From: Dimargaris cristalligena
Lineage: Eukaryota
Assembly: GCA_003614675.1 (NCBI GenBank)
Contig: ML002213.1
Coordinates: forward strand, 1 to 64,000
Direction of reading: 5' to 3'
Length of the DNA: 64,000 nucleotides
Below the pieces are notes generated by a model that was given only the letters and a program-made list of their open reading frames with translations, searched no databases and was not told the origin of the DNA. A program made the position numbers and the translations under genes. This document shows, one piece after another, positions 21,429 to 35,522 of the stretch. How positions within the stretch are numbered: position 1 is the stretch's first letter; the number at the start of each line of letters is the position of its first letter.

Positions 21429-24400
21429 ATCAATCAATGCTGGAGTTATAGAGAAATAGTGAGGAGACTGGGGAACCGATTGGCAGTAGATGCGGTGGTG
21501 ATTGCCCTTTAAATAATGATAATGGCTTGTCGTCCTTGGGTTATTGACAGACGAAGAGGGTAATCGGCCAATGGTAAGGGATGTGTACTATAGTGGTGAG
21601 GACCAAGAACAGCTAAATATAAAAGTGAGGCAGAGAGAGAGGCGGATGAAAATGGAGGAGAAGTAGTGTGAGTGGACTGAATATAGCTTAGGTAGGATTA
21701 TGGCTGCAATATGTTAGCGAAGTGTGCAGTGAGGGAAATTAGATAATTGTACAAGTGAGCAGAGGGGCTATTTCGGTTTCTACGAAGAGTGACGCTTCGA
21801 AATCTAGGCGGAATGGTCCAAACTATAGGGTAAATAAGAGCAAGGTAGGAGCGAGCGAATGTATAATACACAATATCTTGAGTGTAGTGAAGTGAAGTGA
21901 TGTAATATTTAAGCACGATAAGGGAATAGAAATAGAAAAGGCCAAATAGGAGAAGGGGGTTAGCGAGTAAAGTAACTAAAGTGGGCAAGGCGGACCTATT
22001 TATATATATATGGGGGCCGAGAGTGGTCTAGAGGAGGGGAGAGGGAGAGGCATATCTGTTAACGCATTATAATACAGTGCCGAATAAAGGGACCAACGAT
22101 TTACCTACAATCCCCCTCTATTAGGGGATGGGCGATGTTAGTTAAGTACACAGACAATGCTTTACGGGTAAGCCAGTGTACACCTAATAACACACCAGGG
22201 CACAGCAGCCAATCTCAAGTAGGGCTGTGGTTAAAAATTATTGGGGAAGGGGGGGGTACCAAAAAAAGGGGGGGGTGTCGGGGATAAAAAAGGGTGTGTC
22301 TGTGTGTGTAGATAGGTTGGAGGGAGAGGTGGTAACCCAACATTGTTCTTGCCCAACAAAGGATGTAACAATGTTGAGTCAAGAGCTTAACGTAGTTCAA
22401 CGTAATGCAATGGGTTGGCCAGTTCCTCCCTCATTAGTCTGGTCGTACCAACCCTATTAGGCCCCCTTTTTTATTAATCTACCCGCATAGTTTAATATAA
22501 CAACTGTATAGGCAATAATCAAGGAATAATACCCAGAATCCATAAAGGGAAAGTGGTAGGTGGATAGAACAGCGGTGGGGATACTAGTCCCGCCTAGGAC
22601 AAGCCGTGAAGCCATATACCCTAGTGTAGTCTATCCCAGGAAATCTAGTTATCTCGTCAAGGCCTCTCTATACAGACGGAGATGGTGGAGACGTAGGGTG
22701 ACCCTCTATTTTGGAGTGGTTGTGGTCATTAGTCCTCCACATACCTCTCACCTAATAACACCCACTGACCCCCTCCCTCCTCATCCAAACCCAACCCTTC
22801 CTTACGGTACGCCCTTTCAACGCTTGCGCTGGATATAGAGAGGGTATTTGAATACCAACCATGTCACTGTAATACGAGAGTCACCCCGATGGGGGGAGGG
22901 GGTCTCCCTCCTCTCTAGCCCTATATGCCCGAACTTGACGATGTTTTCCAACCACCGTACCCCCCCCCCCCGCTAGGTGGTGCGATTGCACCGGACAAAA
23001 CGACGAGCGGGTATCATGGGATAGTGGGTAGAGGCGTTGAAACCGGTGTCAATTCTGTAGCACTCAGTCATACGGAGCTCGCCTCGTCCAGTTTTATCGC
23101 TGCGGCTGTGAAACGAACGATTCAGATGGGAATGGGGATAGGGATGACGATAGCGATTGGGATAGGGAATGCTATTAAGCAGTAGGCTGTTTTGGCGTCG
23201 ATTAGCTGTACTTCCAGGTTCGCCGGAAATGGCCCCATTTTGGAGTCACCTCGCTGTGGCACTGCGCTTGTCGGTATTTGGTCAGGGCGTGGATGCATCC
23301 ATATTAACATCAATGATAGATCCAGCAAGTGGATTCAAGGGGGGGGGTTACGACTGTGAGCTGAGGTGGATTTTTGGGTGTCACAAATGTAGCACCGTTA
23401 AACGGCGAGATTCGACAAGTAGGAGACCCTGCCGATCCATGGACTGGTATTACAAGTAGCATTTTCGATTTTTTACCCCCACTACCCTTGGATTCACATA
23501 TCTCCTCTACCTTCCATGTCCTTTGGCGCGCGCGTCTTCATTTGGATTAGAATGCTAGTTTCCACTCATTCCCCACTACGGTGAGTTTGGTTCATCTCTA
23601 CCCTGGATCCTAAGGAGTAGAAAGTATACCATCTATATGACGTTTCATATCGAGATGTGTTGGGGATTTACGGGATGTACCCTCCCTTCCTTTATACAAT
23701 TACTTCAGCTACTTGGTAAGTCCGCCCGGTAATTGAGGGCTAATGAACGACCCAACTGCTGCTGCACCGACACTCCATTAATGTTTTCTTGGTAAGGCCG
23801 GTCCCAAGGCTATAATTAGCTCACCTTGAATTTTCTTTTTGGAAAACCAACTCTCGCCAATTATTGCTCCGTCCCGGATGTAATCAATCACCTTGATTTT
23901 CGACAATCCTCTTTTACCGTCTATCTTTACCCAAATTTCAAACCACAGCCCCTCACTCTCACTCTCTTTATTCTTCGCTCCCTTCCCCCGTAGTCTATAT
24001 CCTTCCCCCTCTGTCCTCACCCTACCAAATCTCCGCTTCGCTTTCCATCTTTATAGCTCGCTTCCCCTATTGTATATATTTTGAAGCAAATTGGCCTCTT
24101 ATACGCTTTGATTGTTGATGATCCCACCATTGTAGTATGGGTTAGAGAATAATGGGATATCGGTGGCGGGCCCTATTGCCCGCTGTTATGTGAAATAGCC
24201 GGCTGTGATACACTCTTGATGAAGAGGGTGGTGAAGGTGAATCGGTTAATCAAGTAGGTATTTCAAGAATAATCGAAAGGCATAGTATAGTGGACATGGG
24301 CTTCCATCGCCAGATTACGGCAGCAATAGTTAGTGAACGACAAACGGAGGCAGGTGGGGGGGGTGTAGAAATTAGAGAGTTTGGGAAATAAACCCCCTTC

Positions 24401-27400
24401 ATTTTGGCCGTGACTGTTACTGCTATCCGGCAGTAACATTGGATGGATTTACTTTAGTAGCCAGGAGTATGCCCAGCAATCCCTCCCCAGTTGCGAAGTC
24501 TAACTGCCCATATAATTTATGTCGCTGTTGCTCTTTCCCCCCTCTTTCTTGAAATGCCGATGGCCTAGGCCGTGCTAAGCGGATTAAAGTGGCCGGACCC
24601 GTAGAGAGATTGAGCAAACCAATGGGATCCAAGTCCCCAGTCGCCGCCGAACAGTGGAAAACTAACAGTCGGTGGTATATCTGTTGGTTGCAGAGTAGGG
24701 GAGGCCCCTAGTATAACTTCTACCGCCTATGAACGACTCACATCTTCCCACTAATTACTGGAGGAGTCATTAGTAGAATAAAGGTATGGTGCGGGTATTT
24801 GACGACCATATGCGTAACTCGTCAAGCGATTATATATTGGGGGTCCCAGCGCTCGGCGGGTGCTCTTTCATCGTTGACCAATAATTAAAAAAACCAATCC
24901 TGAGGGTGCCTCTCTCTCTCTCCCCTCCTCCCTTTTGACTTACCCATACCGTACGCTTGAAAGTCGTCTCCAACCTGGTAAAGTAATTAAGTGAACACTC
25001 GATAGGCAAGATGTTCGGAAAATAGGAGGGGGGGAATCGAAGACTCCTTGATCCAACTCAGAGGTAATGCCAGTGGGTTAATCCTTGGGTAATGCCAGGG
25101 TGGGGAAGGGGCCAACGGCGGACGGCAGACCTCTCCAACCCTCTAGGGTTTTACTAGGATGTCCCAGTACCCCCCTGTCCCTCTACCTAACCTTAAACTA
25201 CCTGCCTACCTAAATATAATAGAGCGGATCTACATTGGTCATCTCATCTCATTTGGCCCATCATCACTGGTTCCCGGGCGTATTCCATAGCTCTTCTATG
25301 GTTACTATTATAATTATCCGCCTGACCACCGTCTCCCTCCCCTACCCCCACTCCCCACATCTCTCTCATCTATCGACTACAATATCTGATGGTCCAGCCA
25401 AGAAATTATATATATATATATGTGGGGGGAGAGGTGGGCTTTGCTGCAAACCTGCCTCAATTAAACAGGTCGGCTAATTTGTAAGCTTCCCAAGCGATAT
25501 GTATAAAATTGTAATAGGTGGATATTGGGGGGGGGGGGGTGTCAAAAGGGGGGCTACTAAAGGGGGCCTATTAGGTACCAGGAATAAAAGTCGGTAGAAT
25601 GGCTGGGTGTCGGTAAGCCAAACCGACAACACCCACTTGTTTCCCTTTTTACGTTATATGATCGGTGGTCGGGGCTTTGCAGTTACCCAGGAATATGGGG
25701 GACGGCCAACGAGATTACCCCATTGTAGATCCGGGATCTACCCAACCTACTGTGCCCATCCCTGTCCATCATCTTATCCCTCTCCCTCTCCTACACTCTC
25801 CCCCCCCCTTTCGCCCCTCTTTTTCCTGTCCTTTTCCCTCACCCAACCCTGTTTTACTTGCCCTTCATCAAAATACTGCTATTACCCGATTTGCCCGAAT
25901 GATGATGATTCTTGAATAAATATATATGAGTCGTTATGGTATTGATTTTTCCTCCCCTACAAGGAGGCAAAAGCCTTGGCCTACTAACGATACCACCCAA
26001 GCCAAAATAAAATAAAATACGACCTATTTTTATTTTGGGGGGGGGGGATTGGGATCGCCTTTCGGATATCCAAGTTCCTAGTCAATGAAGGTGTATGTCC
26101 TATAGCAGATGCTAGTTGGTATAGAGCAGATGATTGGAAAGAGCAACGAAACGAGTGATAATGTCCCGAGGGCGGGAGAGAGAGAGAGAGGTAAATTGTA
26201 AAGGGGAGGAGGAACCCGGTGCTAATAATGGGGAAAAACCAAGTGATATATGGTTGGCGCAAAAATAGAGGATCCCGTAGTTTCTATCCGCTGGTGTATT
26301 CTGTGGGCCAGTGCCGCTTCACAAGACAAGCTACGTATATTCACCGAAAGATCCAGTAAGGTATAGGACTTCCCCACCACACACACAACCCACAGCCCGT
26401 TTCGCGCATGCGCCAACCCGTTGGCCCAGCAACTGAGGTGAACTGATACTATCTGTCGAATCACATTGAGGGTTTTACTTCAAGTCATGGGGGATCGACT
26501 ACTTAACGTATACATTACTTAGTTGATTACCTGCTCTACTACCCCCCGCCCCCTCCTCACTCCCGCAAACATCAAAATACAGACATACGTATATACACTG
26601 TAGGTTTATTATATTTTAATACATTACCCAGGTGTAACTTTGATTCGCCTCCCCTTCATCCAGCGATTTGCAAATTAAAAAGGGTGGATTTTTGGGAGCA
26701 TCCCTTGCTCTGCCCGGAGCACCCCATTCAGCTGAAAAGATATCCTGATGGACCTGGTACTATTGCCCATAATTAAGATTGGCCCTTATACGATCCCATT
26801 CGCACCTCTCTTTTGTGGGTTTGCGAATGCGCCGCAATGGGGCTGTTTGACGGCGGAGGAGGGGGCGACGCAGTCCCAGGTTATCACATATTCATTCGGG
26901 TGTATGTATTTCGGAGGGTATGGGGCGCAGAGCTATTAGAACGGGAAACCGACCAATTTTTTATGGATGTATTGGTAGTAGAGGGCCTTTATATTTATTC
27001 GACATGTATCGATGTCCATTTGGCATCTCTGTCACTAATGCGCAACGGGTTATATATCAAAATAGGCACACTGGTGGGATACGACTGGCCACTGCATTTC
27101 TAAGTAAGCGACTGTGGTCCCCGCTTCGCATAGTAGTAATATTATTTTTATTAGATCTTTGGAGGGCCTATCCTACGGGGCTTTCCGGCCGCTTTAAGCC
27201 ATTTTTCCATGACAAGTTATATCCCACTATTAAGCCCCCCCTCCTCTTCCCCTGCCTCCACCTAGGAACGGGCGGATTTCTTGCCCTTGTAGAATAATCC
27301 CCGATCCTGGTTGCACAGTAACCGGTATATTATAGTGACCCAATTCGTATGACATGTCCATCAATCCGGTCCCCTCCCCTCTAATTTGGCCTACAGGGGG

Positions 27401-27968
27401 GCGGATCGACTGTATAGAAAAAGGGGGAATTGGAAGGCTCGGATCTTTCGATGGACCCACCTTGTTGGAAACCGGGCAGTGGATGAATACCGGTAATTTC
27501 TAGTGGGCGATTAAAAAACCCATAGTTCATCCCTTTCTTGGTACGGCCTGTATGTTATGGGTAGCGGCGCCTATTAGAGAAAGGTTCGGGATTTTATCCA
27601 TCGGATTGCCCAAAACCATCGCCCAATTCCTCCCCTCTGTTTTTCTTTTGTTGTTGGGTTGGATTGGATGGGATGTCCGATACAATCGGTGAAAAGGATC
27701 TCTGCCCTTGGGGCGATGCCGATTGCCCGTCCGGCTAATAATACAGTAATAAAAAAACTATGGGCATGATTCTACATCCCCAAACTGGTGACTATGACGG
27801 TACGGTAAAGGGATTTCCTGGCTTGAGAGTAAAAATCCAAGGGGTGGGGAAGGCGATGAATGGATAATCTGAATTATAATAGTGTGATATGTATACGGCG
27901 GACATTGGGAACCGGTATTGGTATTGGTATTGGTATGTAATAGTAAGAAAGTAGGATGGGGACTTACA

Positions 27969-28105
27969 ATAAGAGTAATAGTTCAATCTAGCTGTATAAC
28001 ATATATACTACGGTTGAAGCGACTGCTTTTGTGCATGAATAGTAAATTTTACCCATATATATTACACTCCAAATATCATATAACTGAGTTGAATTTCACC
28101 TATAT
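27969..28105 (+). mobile_element. Degenerate MITE-like copy 4
   Basis: AGTTCAATCTAGCTGTATAAC near the left end and TATAACTGAGTTGAATTTCACCTATAT at the right end match the two TIRs at about the expected spacing. The interior is diverged. Confidence 0.5.
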
Positions 28106-29739
28106 TTAAAATGCCAGCATAACGATTTATTACTGCTTCGTTTGAACAATAATTGAAGAAATCCACATACCTCAACTAAGGTATATGACGGAACCGCCCT
28201 CAAATTTCCCTAGCTAGATGATCAGTTGAACCCCCCTAAAAGCGTCCCATTTCAATGGTATTCCGCCTTTGGGATGCTTAGTAACCCCCTTTTTCTCTAA
28301 AAAGCGACAACGCAAGTTCCTGCGCTGGCTAGTGCCTTTCGATGGCCACGGGAGAGTATCCCAGGCCTTCGCTGCTCTAAATGAACGTCAATCTCGTTTA
28401 TCTTCTACTGGGTATTTACAAACGACGACGGTTTAATCGACACCACGAGTGTACCCTGGCAGTGTGCGATGCGCGTCTCATCTAAGATGGAATGCCCATT
28501 GACAGGGCGCATCTCAAAAAAAAAAAGGGATCGCTAATATTAACAGTCATAATTAGCAACTTGCCATATTGGTGACAATCAACCCGGTGGTACAGGATTT
28601 AAAATGACATTGGTATAGGGGACACCATAGGCGGGATGGCCGTTAAACAGTCGGATTGAACCCCGCCCATGCCTGTTTCAGAATAGGGAAGGGATGTACC
28701 ATTCTCTCATGGCTGGAACGTTGCGCCTGCTGCTGCGTAAGCCGCCGTCTCCATACACCGAGGAATAGGTCCATCAATATATTCATTGACTCGCACGTTT
28801 AGAAAGGGTGGAAGTCACGTCGGTTTTTGGGATTCGATATTGCAGCCGAAGTAAATTCCTACTAATCCAATTGGTAAATATATGGAGCAGACTAGTCGGG
28901 CTCGGTGGGTATATAGTTCGAATTGTAATGCCAAAATGATATGTACAACAGGTCATTTTCCGGTAGAACAACCCAACCATTAGCCAAAGCTGGTGTAGTT
29001 GGTAACTAACTCGACTACCGTTCATCGTGCAATGATTGTCTCTTACCACACTATATCAAGAACGGTGACAGAGTAATGGGATCTATATATTGTTTAGCGG
29101 TTTTCTCCAATGGGTCCGCTATAAACGTGGAAACAGTCGGTCAGTTTTCCCCCTCCCCGCTCTTCTCACCGGCGATCCACCAAAGTAAGGCAAACAGGCC
29201 TTTAGCGCATCGGACTCTGGACCTGGTGGAGTTCATTTAAAGACCGACCGCCTTGAATTCTTGGGGGCTAGACTGCCCGGTTAATCCGAATATCTGGATA
29301 TATATCCCGGCGGAGCCAGGTGGCCCTTATGAGATTACCCACGTGTCATTGGTAAATAACCCCATTAAACTTGACTCATCTACGGTATACCTTACCTATC
29401 CGGACGACTTTGTCTAGATAGAGATCCGCTCACCATTCCCCAAAATGGCCAGTAATCAAGGCAAGTCCAATTCCCTAGTCCTTTAAAAAAAGAATACAAT
29501 AGACTATAATACCCACGGCCCTGCCCCTCAATTATCGACATACAGCACATGGGCGGACCCGATTTACCTATACCTATAAAAATATATCGAGGGTTGGTGG
29601 GGACGAGTAAAATCGCTTGCACCCCTGGTTTCGAGTGGAATGGGGACTCTGTTTGGGACAATATGGGCTTGGCTCAACTCCTCCATTTAGTAGAATGTCC
29701 GCTAGTTAGGGGGTACCCTTTTTCCGTCAAACATCAATG

Positions 29740-29883
29740 ATATGGGTGAAGTTCAACCAGGTTGTTTAACGACAATTCCGGTGCATGGCACAAAAACCAT
29801 AATTTAAATAAGGATCTTTCACCTATCTTCCCATACAAAGATCGTTTAAAACCCTATATAGCACGGTTGAATTCTGCACATAT
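29740..29883 (+). mobile_element. Diverged MITE-like copy 5
   Basis: ATATGGGTGAAGTTCAACCAGGTTGTTTAACGACAATTCC...CTTCCCATACA...AAACCCTATATAGCACGGTTGAATTCTGCACATAT, 144 bp and colinear with copy 1. Confidence 0.65.
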
Positions 29884-30340
29884 TTATATTTACCCGGAAG
29901 CTTTTCATTTAAAGTCTTATACAGAGCTGTGTTTACTATTCACCACATAATAACATTAGGATATATATATAAATATAATAATCCATAATAAAGAAGCAAA
30001 AAAAAAGGATATTGGCATCCGAAATTGGTCGGAGTTGTAAGGGTTTTAAATATATATATTATAATTAGAACGTATTGGCTAGAGATTGGGGGGGGGAGAG
30101 AGTGCGGTCTCAGTAAACCAAGATAGGCGAGTAACGAAAAAAAAACATACAATTGAGGGATATCAAGTGGCTATTGTATGAAAAAGGGGGATAGGGAGAA
30201 TAGAAAAGGGTATCTCCCCTTTAATATGAATCCAGTTGGAAGATTCCACATTGCTTTGCCCCCACCCTCGACCCCCTTTTTACGGAAAGGAGGTGTGAGT
30301 ACGGGGGGGGGGTGAATCTCAATACAACAATAGATCCACT

Positions 30341-31600
<1,260 letters not shown>

Positions 31601-32447
31601 GGTGGAGGAGGGCGAGGGAGGGAGCGAGGCTGGAAAGGAATGCGTGAGGAAGGGAGGGGGGGTTAGTCACTGGGTCTTTGCGGTTGTTTAGGTAGGTGGG
31701 AGATGGAGGTCAAAAAACCAAAGGAATTAGAGCAGGTAAGAAAACTGTTATTGAATGGCAGATGGGAGGAAGGAGGTGGTGAATGGGGTGGAGGGGAATT
31801 TAACGGTAAGGGAAGAAAAGGTCTTCTTGGACCACGAGGGTTAAACTGGGGAAATTCACCACAGACTGTGTGAAAGTTATTCGAGTGGAGGTGAATCTCT
31901 CGCTCTCTCACATTCTCCACCTTTACTTTGAGGCCTGAAATTATACATACATAACAGCACGGTCCAGCCAAAGGTCACATTTACCCGCCGGGAGGTTACT
32001 AAAGGGAAGTGCAGCCAATGGGATGGGTCAAATCTATCGGGGAATAGGACCGGCTTTGCTCACGTGGATAGGATGAAAGGGGACAGAGGAAGGGGAGAAG
32101 CAACCCGCTCCGGACAGACGGTTTCGAAGCTAGCTGGGTTGATCGATTTAAGGTTTGAACGACCATATCCCCCAAGTATAGAACCCTTGCTAAACACCTT
32201 AACTAAGATAGTGCAAATAAAATAATTTAATATCGATACAGCTGCATCAACAGATACCCCCACCCAGCTATGCGGGGCCTCATTCATTCGTCTACTAACG
32301 GCTCTCCAGCGTGCAATGATGCATGAGCAGCTTTATACGTCGACTTTTTGTATATATAAATATATATATAAAGAATGAGAAACGAGGGTATATATTTAAC
32401 TATAGGTATATGTATATATAAAATTCGGGTGAAGGAGAGGGTATAGA

Positions 32448-32474
<27 letters not shown>
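32448..32474. repeat. (GA)n microsatellite
   Basis: Perfect AG/GA run. Confidence 0.95.
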
Positions 32475-32478
<4 letters not shown>

Positions 32479-32718
32479 AGAGGGCGGAATAAAAGTCATA
32501 TACAATGACCATGGGTGAACAACACACGGCGGGGCAACAAAACACAGGCCGAATTCAAGGGAGAAGGAGAGGGTGTGTGGTGGTGGTGGTGGTATATATC
32601 ACACCCCTCTCCCCTACTGTCAAGAAAAGAATAATAATGATTCATGAACATATAAATAAAATCGAACTATTCCACATGATTCATAGATACCTTTTTTTTA
32701 TATATATAAAAAAACATT

Positions 32719-35522
32719 CTATAGGCCAGGCCCCATCAAATGACTGAATGATGATGCACTACCACCACCACCGCCCGACGACGACGACCCTAAACCGCCT
32801 GCGCCATTACCGCCCCCGAACAAAGCCGCCGCACTATTAGCCCCCATGCCGGACGAATTAAGCAGGGAATTAGACACACCACCGCTTCCCCCAGCCATGG
32901 ATGTGTTAAGGCCTCCTCCGCCTCCCGTCAAGATGGACATGGCCGCCGCGGCAGAGGCGCTACTGTATGCCAACGCGTTCGAGACGCCCGTACTTTGGAG
33001 GTGGTGATTGGAACCACCACTACCCATACCGCCGGACTGCTGTTGTTGCTGGGATAAATGGAGAGAGTGGCTATTCAGTAGGGAATGGTGGAGACCGGCT
33101 GGGTTACCGCCATGCGCCATAGGATTATTATCATACCCTCCACCACCACCGCCCATACTTTGGTGTTGCAGCTGTTGGAGTTGTGCCAGGAAATTGTGCT
33201 GTGAAGTCAGCCCCGACAGGGAATGGGCGTGTTGATGATGATGTTGTTGTTGCTGTTGAGCAAGCAGTGCTGAATGCGCGTTAGATAACCCGCCCCCACT
33301 CGCCGTCACCGAGTTGAGTAGCGTACGATGAAGGGCCGCGCTATTACTACCATTCAGGGCATCCATACCCATGGGTCCCGCCGAGGATAGACCGCCCCCA
33401 CCTAAGTTGGCCAAATCCTGCTGCTGATGCTGTTGTTGTTGCTGTTGCTGCTGGAGACTATTACCGCTCAAGTGAGGGGGAAGTGGACCGACCAACCCGG
33501 TTCGGTTAGGACCTCCGACTCCTCCCTGGATGCCGTGGCTTAACCCCGCCGCCATGCTCAGGTTAGGATTAGAAGAACCTCCACCCCCGCTCGGCGTGGG
33601 ATTCGGTCCCGAGCCGGCCGCCCCGCCCAAAAAAGCATGCCGATCCTCCAGCACGTCGTACATGAGTACGAATTCTTTATACACTTTCTGCCAGGTGCTG
33701 GGATCGAAAAAGATATACACGCCGTGTTCGCCCCCTCCTCCTTTGGCGGAATTCGAGCCAATCGGCATTGTCCCACCGTTGCCCCCGTTGGCCTCGGGGT
33801 CTTTCGTCAACCATAATTTCAGGTCTTTATGGTACCGCCAGTTCCGCTTGTATAGTTCCAACGCGGCGGTTTCCTGCAGTTCGTCCCGGGGCATGGTGTA
33901 GAAGATGTAAAACAGGGTTTCGTCCAGGAAATGGTCCATCCGTTCCACCGCGGGCCGCCGGGGCCGTACTTGGTAGCAGGCCGGTAGGGTGAATTCGGGT
34001 TTGATGTGCGAGAGATTGGCCTGGCTCTGGTCGATCCAAGGGGTCGTGAACGTCGCGTACAGGAGACCTGGGGAAGAGAGGTTAAGGCCGAATTTCGACA
34101 CGTCGTAGCCGAACGCGAGCGCCGATTTATCCGGGTTCGATGTTTTCAGCGTGTCCAACAGGCCCAGTAGGCCGTACTGGTTTTCGAGGGATGCCCGTCC
34201 GGCCGCGTCGGATGGTGACCCCACCGGGCTAACCACTGCCGCTGCCCGCGGGTGGTCCATGGGGTCACTCGCTCCGACATTCGATACACTAGCCGCAGCG
34301 GCAGCAGCAGCCGCCGCCACTGCCGCCCCCGTACTCCCACCACTGGGAGCCAGCGGGCTGGAAAGACCGTTGTCCGGTGGGCCCCCTTTAAGCTCATTAA
34401 ACGAAATAGTGGGTTTCCGGGGGGTTTCCCCTGGGGGGCGTTGGTAGGGGCCTGCGTTAGTCGTACCATTATTGCCAGGTCCAGGTCCACCGCTCACACC
34501 CGGGGAAGACAATGGCCCACCCGCTAGACCGGTAGGCGACTGGGGGTTTGCGACCAGGGATGATAATGGAACACTCGGGGTAGCCCCTGAAATCGCCATT
34601 GAACTTAAAGACGACGTTAATGAACCGACGCCATTCTGAACGTCATTAGACAGGTGGTGGTGGGTTGAACTACTATTGTCACCACCAACGCCGCTACTAC
34701 TACTACCACTATGACCCGCGGTGCCCAGGCTCGCTAACCGGTTAGCCATGCTGGGTGACGTTCCCGGAAGGGCCGGAAAATCCTCGGGGTTCATACTAGG
34801 CGTGACTTGGGAATGGTGGGCTCCCGCCGCCGCTTGGGCCGCCAGATTACTCGTGACGATGGACTTGAATTGCTCCGACCGGGTCGGTGGTTGGGAGGGC
34901 AGACCCGCCGACAATGGTGGAAAGGCATCGGACCGGGCTACCCCGAGGGAAGGAAATTCAGACAGGTCCAGGGTTTTGGCGTTGGCCGCAGCGGCCGCCG
35001 TGGATGCATGGGCTTGGTTGAACGTGGCCTTGAGGGCACTGGCGTTGGACCCCGGTATTTGGCCCCAGCTGCCTAGAGGTATCGTAATCGAGGCATATAT
35101 ATATATATATATAGATATAAATAAATGGGATTAGGCTAAACTTATCCCTTTTCTGTGAGGTAATGGACCATGGAGGACATGCCTTGGGGTTCAGGAAGGG
35201 AGAGAGTTGGTGAGCCATTTCTTCCTCCTCGCACCCACCCCTTCCGTACACCCATACCTATCCGCAGTTAGGACCCGATGGTAGCGCATCCCAGTGAAGA
35301 GACCCTTTCGTAGTATTAGCAGGAGGGGAGGTACAATCATCCCAGCGACTCGAGCCGAACGATAGACGAGGGGGATGAAGGGCTCGGACCAAGCACGTTA
35401 GTCCCAAGTAGTCGCTTCCCTTCTTCTCCCCTACCCGATGATTGCAGTCTCGTTAGACCTGGACGAGCGCGGGCTGTCTTACCTGTCCTTGAATTGCTGT
35501 TAAACCGAGGGAAGGATGTCAT
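32719..35522 (-). CDS. NOT2: CCR4-NOT complex subunit NOT2 (CNOT2), about 797 aa, 2 exons
   Basis: Exons 35522-35483 (MTSFPRFNSNSRT, GTAAGA, phase 1) and 35072-32719. NOT2 signature QYGLLGLL...LAFGYDVSKFGLNLSS..LYATFTTPW...PEFTLPACY and NOT box DETLFYIFYTMPRDELQETAALELYKRNWRYHKDLKLWL...FFDPSTW. N-terminal DLSEFPSL and EDFPAL motifs. Confidence 0.92.

Noticed and set aside
19305-21512. Antisense and alternate-frame ORFs over the trihelix gene (same pattern over NOT2, GLO3, SEC1 and Kelch)
   Set aside because: Expected shadows of GC-rich coding sequence, which is poor in stop codons in other frames.
28223-28310. CAGTTGAACCCCCCTAAAAGCG resembling a pogo/Tc1 terminal repeat
   Set aside because: No partner inverted repeat, no TA flank and no transposase remnant found.
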